Assembly: GCA_035288145.1 (NCBI GenBank)
Contig: DATEAX010000041.1
Span: forward strand, 1-32,500
Length of the DNA: 32,500 nucleotides
DNA from: Patescibacteria group bacterium
Lineage (GTDB): Bacteria; Patescibacteriota; UBA1384; UBA12157; JAENIV01
Reading direction: 5' to 3'
The notes beneath the pieces are model-generated. The model was not told where the DNA came from, did no database searches, and saw only the letters and a program-made list of their open reading frames with translations. A program made the translations under genes and the position numbers. This document shows positions 1-5,353 of the stretch, one piece after another (position 1 is the first letter of the stretch; the number at the start of each line of letters is the position of its first letter).

Positions 1-30
1 CAAGGTCTTGATGGAAAAGATGTGACCCAA

Positions 31-72
31 AAAGACCTCTGTAGGAACAAAAATCTTTCAGAGGTCTTTTGT
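31..72. terminator. Bidirectional intrinsic terminator-like hairpin
   Basis: An 11 bp stem, aaagacctctg (31-41) with cagaggtcttt (59-69). A T-run follows on the plus strand and an A-run precedes it, which gives a T-run on the minus strand. Confidence 0.6.
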
Positions 73-178
73 TATAGTTTTAAGTGAGATTTTTATTCTA
101 TAGCATTATTTTCACACCATTTCCGGACTATCACCTTTTATACCACTTCGTAAGTGATATTAGAACGGTTAAAAGCAA

Positions 179-346
179 TTAATAATATTGACCGAGTTTA
201 TAGCCGAAATAGATTCCGAGAAAACCACCGAGAGCACTGGTAATTATAGAACTGACTGAAAAAAGACCTGCCCCAAAAAGCATTGGCGCGTAGCCGCCTA
301 AAGTTGAGCCAATAATCATGCCGATGACGGTAAAAGTCTTTTGCAT
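179..346 (-). CDS. Small Gly-rich membrane protein (55 aa), hypothetical
   Basis: Hand translation of the minus strand gives MQKTFTVIGMIIGSTLGGYAPMLFGAGLFSVSSIITSALGGFLGIYFGYKLGQYY followed by a stop. It has two hydrophobic Gly-zipper-like segments. It is below the 60 aa cutoff of the ORF track. The listed ORF 198..425(-) is in another frame and overlaps the tRNA. Confidence 0.45.
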   Translation of the reverse strand: MQKTFTVIGMIIGSTLGGYAPMLFGAGLFSVSSIITSALGGFLGIYFGYKLGQYY

Positions 347-368
347 AAATATCTTCCCATTTTGGATT

Positions 369-439
369 CTCCCGGGCAGGGACTCGAACCCCGATTAGCG
401 GAGCCAAATTCCGCCGGCCTACCATTAGCCGACCCGGGA
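369..439 (-). tRNA. tRNA-Gln (anticodon UUG)
   Basis: - The reverse complement is TCCCGGGTCGGCTAATGGTAGGCCGGCGGAATTTGGCTCCGCTAATCGGGGTTCGAGTCCCTGCCCGGGA, which folds as a cloverleaf.
- The acceptor stem is 7 bp.
- The anticodon stem is GCGGA/TCCGC with loop ATTTGGC (anticodon TTG).
- The T arm is CGGGG-TTCGAGT-CCCTG.
- No CCA is encoded.
- An upstream minus-strand promoter-like element reads TTGCCC-17-TAAAAT. Confidence 0.88.
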
Positions 440-555
440 ATCTATCTTTATTTTACTCCGAAAGTAATTCTGGGGCAAATCTCTTGTTTTTTAAAAGGAT
501 TTATGGTAGAATGCTATCAGCACGAACTCAAGAAAGGATCTTAAAGGTGAGTCGG

Positions 556-1548
556 ATGAGCAAGATGTGGTTAGTTTTTCTGCTGTGTTGGGTTGCTCCA
601 AGCGTTGCCCAGACCTATGAGGTGATTGACTTGGGGACTCTCGGCGGCGCCGCGAGCTTTGCCGAGGCGATTAACAATTTGTCAACGGTCGTCGGCGGCT
701 CCTACACTGACGAAGGTCTCACGCGCGCCTTCATTTGGGAGTCGGGCGTGATGAAGGACCTCGGTTCGAGGAAGCCGACCCAGTGCTATGCCCGGGGAAT
801 CAGCGACCGCGGCACGGTTTGCGGCACCATCTATCCCAACCCAAGATCCGGAGGCCGCGGATTTGTCAAAAAAGACGGCCGGTGGATTGTCTTGGGGACA
901 TTCGGCGGCGATTACGGCTATGCCAATGCGGTCAACAACCGCGATGAAGTCGTGGGCGGCGCCGCTTTTCGCCTTCGGCATTCGGCCTGGTCCTTTACTC
1001 ACGCTTTTCTCTGGAAGGAGCGCGAGTTAATCGACCTGGGCACCTTGGGCTGGGATTGGAGCTACGCCACCGACATCAACGACTTGACTCAAGTCGTCGG
1101 CGAAGCCGGATTCCTTGGGGGAAGCCACGCGTTTTGCTGGGAAGGTGGCAGGATGACTGACTTGGGGACTCTCGGCGGGGAAGTTTCCGGCGCCACCAGC
1201 ATCAATAACTTGGGGCAGGTGGCGGGATTTGCCGCGGATGCGTCTGGCAAAATCCATGCCTGCCTCTGGCAGGACAGAGTGATAACTGATTTGGGAACAC
1301 TGGGTGGGGCCCAAAGCTGGGCGATGTCCATCAACGACCATGGCCAAACCGTCGGTTTCTCGGATGCCGCAAATGCCTGCTGGCATGCCTTTATCCATGA
1401 CGAGCAGGGCATGCATGATCTGAACATGGAAGTTGCTCCAACGGAGTGGGTGGTTTGGGCCGCGGTTGAAATCAACAATTGCGGAGAGATTGTTGGCTTT
1501 GCCGTAAAGGATGGCGCAACCCATGCCGTTCTGCTTTCACCCAAGTGA
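556..1548 (+). CDS. Secreted HAF-family extracellular repeat protein
   Basis: - About 7 repeats of roughly 45 aa carry DLGTLGG...(S/A)xAxxIN(N/D)xGQVVG...(H/R)AF(L/I/C)W.
- The start is placed at ATG 556, after the SD-like aaaggtgag. This gives the signal peptide MSKMWLVFLLCWVAPSVAQ.
- GC is much higher than in the neighbouring genes. Confidence 0.85.
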   Translation: MSKMWLVFLLCWVAPSVAQTYEVIDLGTLGGAASFAEAINNLSTVVGGSYTDEGLTRAFIWESGVMKDLGSRKPTQCYARGISDRGTVCGTIYPNPRSGGRGFVKKDGRWIVLGTFGGDYGYANAVNNRDEVVGGAAFRLRHSAWSFTHAFLWKERELIDLGTLGWDWSYATDINDLTQVVGEAGFLGGSHAFCWEGGRMTDLGTLGGEVSGATSINNLGQVAGFAADASGKIHACLWQDRVITDLGTLGGAQSWAMSINDHGQTVGFSDAANACWHAFIHDEQGMHDLNMEVAPTEWVVWAAVEINNCGEIVGFAVKDGATHAVLLSPK

Positions 1549-1569
1549 CATCGTATTAGAGGAATTTTG

Positions 1570-1604
1570 AGGAGCGGGCACAAATCGTTCTCGCTCCTTT
1601 TTTA
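1570..1604 (+). terminator. Intrinsic terminator after the HAF-repeat gene
   Basis: Stem aggagcg (1570-1576) pairs with cgctcct (1592-1598) and is followed by tttttt. Confidence 0.65.
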
Positions 1605-1649
1605 AATCCAGAATTGTCGAAGGAGCTAAAAAATGTTAAGTTTGAGAAG

Positions 1650-2378
1650 ATGAATCAGTTTTTGATTGTTTTAATTTACGGCACGCTGGCCGGCTTGGCA
1701 ACGATTGCCGGGATTTATCTGGTTTTGCTTCGGGAATCTTGGGCTCGCCGGAATTCGATTTATTTAATCAGTTTTTCCGCCGGCATTCTTCTTTCCGCCG
1801 CCATCGGGCAAATTCTCCCCGAAGCCCAAGTCCTAAATTCTCAAGCGCTAACTTGGTTCTTGTTAAGTTTTCTCTTTTTCTACATTTTAGAACACGGGAT
1901 AATTTTGCATTCTTGCCGCGAGGGCGAGAATTGCCAAGTTCATCCGATTGATAAAATTGCTCTCTTGGGGATTGGTTTCCATTCTTTGCTTGACGGTATC
2001 GTTATCGGTGTCGGGTTTGAAATCTCTTTTATTTTGGGCGTGGTGGCTACCTTATCAGTTCTTCTTCACGAAATTCCCGAGGGAATTTCGACGGTTTCGA
2101 TTCTTTTGCACCACGGTTATGAAAGAAAACGGGCGGTTTTTTATTCTTGGTTAGTGGCAATAGCTACTCCTTTCGGGGCAATTTTAAGTTTCTTTGTTGT
2201 TAAAAATATTTCCTTAAGTTTCTTGGGTGCTCTTTTGGCCGTTGCCGCCGGCTCATTTCTCTATGTTGCCGCCGCCGACTTAATTCCCGAAATCCACAAA
2301 AAATCGCGGGTTTTAAATATCGTCTTGGTGATTTTGGGAATTTTCTTTCCCTATTTGGTGAGATGGTTTTCGGACTAA
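1650..2378 (+). CDS. ZIP family metal (Zn/Fe) transporter, ZupT-like
   Basis: The protein is multi-TM and carries the ZIP signatures HSLLDGIVIGVGF and LLHEIPEGISTVSILL. ATG 1650 is preferred as the start. The ORF track start at 1614 is a TTG with no visible SD. Confidence 0.85.
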   Translation: MNQFLIVLIYGTLAGLATIAGIYLVLLRESWARRNSIYLISFSAGILLSAAIGQILPEAQVLNSQALTWFLLSFLFFYILEHGIILHSCREGENCQVHPIDKIALLGIGFHSLLDGIVIGVGFEISFILGVVATLSVLLHEIPEGISTVSILLHHGYERKRAVFYSWLVAIATPFGAILSFFVVKNISLSFLGALLAVAAGSFLYVAAADLIPEIHKKSRVLNIVLVILGIFFPYLVRWFSD

Positions 2379-2464
2379 AATCTGTCTTGATGGAATTTGA
2401 TGGAATGACAAGTTAAACACCCAATTAAACATCCAAATGATAAATGGAATAAATAATTTTAGAA

Positions 2465-2496
2465 AATACTTCCATACTACGTAGTATCGAAGTTTT
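2465..2496. repeat. Imperfect 32 bp palindrome with core ATACTACGTAGTAT (terminator-like or operator-like)
   Basis: The sequence aaaatacttccATACTACGTAGTATcgaagtttt has 14 of 16 arm positions pairing. It has an A-run on one side and a T-run on the other. It lies 30 bp upstream of the TrpR-like gene. Confidence 0.6.
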
Positions 2497-2526
2497 AGCA
2501 TAATTTGTAGATAATTAGAGGTAGTG

Positions 2527-3048
2527 ATGGCTAAATTTACCAGGCGACAAAAATTGAGTCCTAAAGAAGAAACGGATTTAATTATCAAATTTTGTCAAGC
2601 GATTGCTTCTATCTCTAAAACAGAGGAAGCGGCATTATTTGTTCGCGATCTCTTGTCGAAACCCGAAGTTAGAATGCTTGCTAAAAGATTAAAGATTGCG
2701 GAAATGTTAATTAAGGGTGAGAAGTATGAGGACATAATCGAGCAATTAAAAGTTAGTGCCTCGACTATCGCACGTGTGAACGTTTGGCTAAACCAATCCG
2801 GCGAGGGCTATCGATTAGTTTTAAACCGAACAAGCAGGATTAAAGAACCCAGGAAACCAGTTTGGACAGGTCTTAAAAGGAAATATCCGATGTACTATTG
2901 GCCTGAAATCCTCCTGAAGGAAATTATTTATTCTGCCAACAAAAAGCAAAAAGACAAACTCAAGCTTTTACTTGATAAGTTAGATGAAAAGAATGAACTA
3001 ATTAAGGAACTCGATGAGATGTTGAGGAAAAACTATCATACTACGTAG
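2527..3048 (+). CDS. TrpR-like (YerC/YecD family) DNA-binding protein with a C-terminal extension
   Basis: The N-terminal roughly 100 aa (LFVRDLLSKPEVRMLAKRLKIAEMLIKGEKYEDIIEQLKVSASTIARVNVWL) matches the Trp-repressor-like YerC/YecD pattern. ATG 2527 lies 5 nt after agagg. The track start at 2524 is a GTG one codon upstream. Confidence 0.75.
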   Translation: MAKFTRRQKLSPKEETDLIIKFCQAIASISKTEEAALFVRDLLSKPEVRMLAKRLKIAEMLIKGEKYEDIIEQLKVSASTIARVNVWLNQSGEGYRLVLNRTSRIKEPRKPVWTGLKRKYPMYYWPEILLKEIIYSANKKQKDKLKLLLDKLDEKNELIKELDEMLRKNYHTT

Positions 3049-3060
3049 TATGATAGTTTT
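3029..3060. terminator. Perfect 32 bp palindrome (bidirectional terminator-like) containing the same ATACTACGTAGTAT core
   Basis: The sequence aaaactatcATACTACGTAGTATgatagtttt is perfectly self-complementary. It overlaps the TAG stop (3046-3048) of the TrpR-like gene. Confidence 0.65.
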
Positions 3061-3125
3061 GTATATACTAGAGCTATTTAGTATAGCATAAATTTCTTCA
3101 AAAGTCAAGAGTCGAGCCCCTTTTC

Positions 3126-3150
3126 TTGTTCGCTTTTTGTATGGTATAAT
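3126..3150 (+). promoter_or_regulatory. Extended -10 promoter upstream of dinB
   Basis: TGGTATAAT lies at 3142-3150. The 13-mer tggtataatatag is repeated exactly at 4525-4537. The -35 element is poor. Confidence 0.5.
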
Positions 3151-3165
3151 ATAGATGGCTATTTC

Positions 3166-3193
3166 GCTAACGGCTAACCGCTAACAGCTAACA
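3166..3193 (+). repeat. Tandem heptanucleotide array (GCTAACN) x4 in the dinB leader
   Basis: Read directly as gctaacg gctaacc gctaaca gctaaca. Confidence 0.9.
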
Positions 3194-3236
3194 GTAATCT
3201 GCTTGAAGGAAAGATAATTATAGATAATACCAACCA

Positions 3237-3257
3237 GCGGTAAGCGGTCTGCGGTAA
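3237..3257 (+). repeat. Tandem heptanucleotide array (GCGGTNN) x3, roughly inverted relative to the first array
   Basis: Read directly as gcggtaa gcggtct gcggtaa. The reverse-complement unit ttaccgc differs by 1 nt from taaccgc in the first array. Confidence 0.85.
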
Positions 3258-3275
3258 GCTGATTTACCAAACATT

Positions 3276-4532
3276 ATGCAACCGCCGAAAGATTACGCCA
3301 ATTTATTTCTGGATATGAATGCTTTTTTTGCTTCGGTTGAACAACAAGTCCAGCCGTCTTTACGAAACAAGCCAATTTGCGTTGCTCCCTACCCGGGCAA
3401 TACCGGCTGCTGTATTGCCAAGTCGTATAAAGCCAAAGCTTTCGGGGTGAAAACCGGCACCCTCGTAGGGGAGGCCAAAAAGCTTTGCCCGCAGATTATC
3501 GTTCTGGAATCCCGTCCCGAACTTTATCTGTTTTATCATCGGGAAATCGTCAAGGTCTTGAAAAATTTCAGTCCTTTTTTGAGAGTTCTTTCGATTGATG
3601 AGTTTAACATCAAATTAACTGGCCTGGACCAAAATCGAGAAAAGGCTCTCGAGATGGCCAGAAAGATCAAAGAAACCATTTTGAAAAAAGTCGGCGATTA
3701 TCTAACTTGTTCGATTGGCATCGGGCCGAATATGTGGCTGGCAAAAGTCGCCGGGGAGCTTGGAAAAGCCTGCCTGCCGGCAGGCAGGCCCGACGGTTTG
3801 GTGGTCGTCGCTCTTGAGGAATTGGGAGTGTGGTATCGGAGCCTGGATTTGATGGATCTTCCTGGGATAAATGTTGCCATGGCGCGCCAGCTTCATCATC
3901 GCAAAATTAAAACTCCCTTTGATTTTTATCTCCAACCCTTGTTCAATCTTTCCCGCTGGTTTGGTCATCCCGGCCGGGTCTGGTTTTATCGTTTGCGCGG
4001 CTTTGAAACCGATGAGATTGAGCCGGCAACCAAATCCATCGGTCATCAGCATGTTTTGGCGCCGGAGTATCGGACAATCGCCGCGGCCCGGCGGGTGTTG
4101 GTAAAACTTGCGGAAAAGTGCGCCCAGCGTCTTCGGGCGAAAAATTTGTGGACGGGAGGAGTATCTCTTGGGATAAAATTTTTGAATGGACCGTTTTGGG
4201 AAAAAAATGCCGCCACCGACCTTGTTGCCGATAGCCAAAATATCCAAAGAATTGCTCTTTCGCTTTATGATGCTTGTCCGATTCAAAAACCGCCTTTGAG
4301 GATTGCCGTGACCCTTTTCAATCTCACCCAAGTTCGCGGCGAGCAGATTTCCTTGTTTTCTAAAATCGAGAAATCGCGCCGCCTGTCGCAAATGATGGAT
4401 GAGATTAACGATAAATACGGTCCGGAGACAATCTATCCGGCCTCGATGTTCGGAGCCTCGGAGGCCGCCCCGACGAGGATTCCCTTTGGCAATCCTGCCA
4501 GAATTGGCAATTTTGACCAAAATGTGGTATAA
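3276..4532 (+). CDS. dinB: Y-family DNA polymerase IV
   Basis: The N-terminal motif is LDMNAFFASVEQ. It also has SIDEFN and the GIGPNMWLAKVAG...KP.G helix-hairpin-helix region, which are typical of DinB/UmuC. Confidence 0.9.
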   Translation: MQPPKDYANLFLDMNAFFASVEQQVQPSLRNKPICVAPYPGNTGCCIAKSYKAKAFGVKTGTLVGEAKKLCPQIIVLESRPELYLFYHREIVKVLKNFSPFLRVLSIDEFNIKLTGLDQNREKALEMARKIKETILKKVGDYLTCSIGIGPNMWLAKVAGELGKACLPAGRPDGLVVVALEELGVWYRSLDLMDLPGINVAMARQLHHRKIKTPFDFYLQPLFNLSRWFGHPGRVWFYRLRGFETDEIEPATKSIGHQHVLAPEYRTIAAARRVLVKLAEKCAQRLRAKNLWTGGVSLGIKFLNGPFWEKNAATDLVADSQNIQRIALSLYDACPIQKPPLRIAVTLFNLTQVRGEQISLFSKIEKSRRLSQMMDEINDKYGPETIYPASMFGASEAAPTRIPFGNPARIGNFDQNVV

Positions 4533-4533
4533 T
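4504..4533 (+). promoter_or_regulatory. Strong sigma70-like promoter embedded in the dinB 3' end
   Basis: TTGGCA (4504-4509), an 18 nt spacer, then TGG-TATAAT (4525-4533). The -10 overlaps the dinB stop codon. It points into a 0.47 kb region with no credible ORF. Confidence 0.6.
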
Positions 4534-4539
4534 ATAGCC

Positions 4540-5007
4540 AGAAAGGAAGGAAATGCTTGTTCCCTTGGAAGGGTCAGGCGTTTCGGTTTCCGAAAAGAGA
4601 ATCCCCCAGAAATCTTAGTACTCATACCGAGGCGTCTGGAATGGTTCTTTTTCGAGGAGTGTTTCGTTTTTATCCTTTATCCAAAGCCCGGTGTAACTTA
4701 CTCGGGTCAGAGTTTCTTTCCAAGATTTCGTCCGTCCCAACTATAAATAAGGGCAATAGACGGAGATTTGGAAAAACTCTTGGCTTCCTGGCAAGACGCT
4801 GGGCTTCGGGAGAAAAATGAATCTTCCAGGGCGGGCTTTAAAGGAATGCTTGGAGCAACAACTATTTGCCTAAGGAGTCCGGAGTTCTCTTGCCACGAGT
4901 GGCAGGGGACAGGACACCACTTTAGAAAAAACGCCGAGCAACTTCCCCCGCCTTTGGAAGAAAGCGAAGAATGGCCTAACAGGGTCAATGCTGTTTTTGG
5001 CATTGAC
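4540..5007 (+). ncRNA. Candidate structured non-coding transcript(s), class unknown
   Basis: - ORFs appear in several frames, but none looks protein-like.
- GC is above that of typical intergenic DNA here.
- A long irregular hairpin spans about 4710-4781 (GAGUUUCUUUCCAAG...CUUGG-like arms).
- A hairpin CUUGCCA-CGAG-UGGCAGG lies at about 4889-4906.
- An 8 bp stem (4984-4991 with 5000-5007) lies at the 3' edge. Confidence 0.35.
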
Positions 5008-5057
5008 AAAAAAATATCCCATGGTACTCTAATATTAGACCCCCGTAGGGAGGGTCT
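5003..5057 (+). promoter_or_regulatory. csoR-copA promoter with a CsoR-type operator
   Basis: TTGACA (5003-5008), a 16 nt spacer, then TGG-TACTCT (5022-5030). This is followed by the GC-tract pseudo-palindrome agacccccgtagggagggtct (5037-5057). The pseudo-palindrome resembles known CsoR operators of the form TACCC...GGGGTA. Confidence 0.6.
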
Positions 5058-5079
5058 TGATAAGTTAAAAGTAAAAACA

Positions 5080-5349
5080 ATGAAGAGAAATTCTAAAAAA
5101 CAAACTCTTGACCGAATGAATTACCTGATTGGCCATCTTCAAGCAAACCGGAAAATGATTGAAGGAGACAAGTATTGTATTGATGTCATTCGTCAAAATG
5201 ATGCGGTGATTTCCGCCTTAAAAAAAGTCAACGACCTGATATTAAATTCCCATCTTGAAACCTGCGCCACAACGGCGATTAAAGATGGTAATATAAAGAA
5301 GAGACAAAAAATTTTAAAGGAGCTTTTGGATATTTACCAGGCAAAGTGA
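5080..5349 (+). CDS. csoR: CsoR/RcnR family metal-sensing repressor
   Basis: The 89 aa protein [39 protein letters not shown]...SHLETC carries the Cys...His...Cys signature of the family. The upstream part of the track ORF 4768..5349 is not protein-like. Confidence 0.85.
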   Translation: MKRNSKKQTLDRMNYLIGHLQANRKMIEGDKYCIDVIRQNDAVISALKKVNDLILNSHLETCATTAIKDGNIKKRQKILKELLDIYQAK

Positions 5350-5353
5350 ACCT

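Noticed and set aside
198-425. A 75 aa minus-strand ORF from the track.
   Set aside because: It overlaps the tRNA-Gln gene and does not look protein-like (Arg/Phe/Trp-rich). A different frame gives a plausible 55 aa membrane peptide with its own ATG (179..346).
682-1583. Long antisense and alternative-frame ORFs inside the HAF-repeat gene: 682..1002(-), 735..947(+), 788..1030(+), 1027..1524(-) and 1089..1583(-).
   Set aside because: These are typical shadow ORFs of a GC-rich gene. They have no SD sequences and low-complexity Ala/Arg/Pro/Gly composition. The sense frame has clear repeat architecture and a signal peptide.
3166-3257. The heptamer arrays, the 22 bp duplication and the hexamer microsatellite considered as possible CRISPR arrays.
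   Set aside because: The units are 6-22 nt and directly tandem, with no spacers. No cas genes are present. The PaaX-like protein only shares the Cas2-like fold motif.
3100-3275. An SOS (LexA) box upstream of dinB.
   Set aside because: I found no CTGT-n8-ACAG, no CGAAC-n4-GTTCG, and no copy of the 30259-30275 palindrome. dinB regulation therefore cannot be linked to the island LexA domain from this sequence.
4399-5009. ORFs 4399..4746(+), 4557..4820(+), 4707..5009(-) and the 5' part of 4768..5349(+).
   Set aside because: They overlap each other and have Arg/Ser/Phe-rich non-protein-like sequences. The starts are poorly supported. The real csoR starts at ATG 5080. The region is treated as non-coding.
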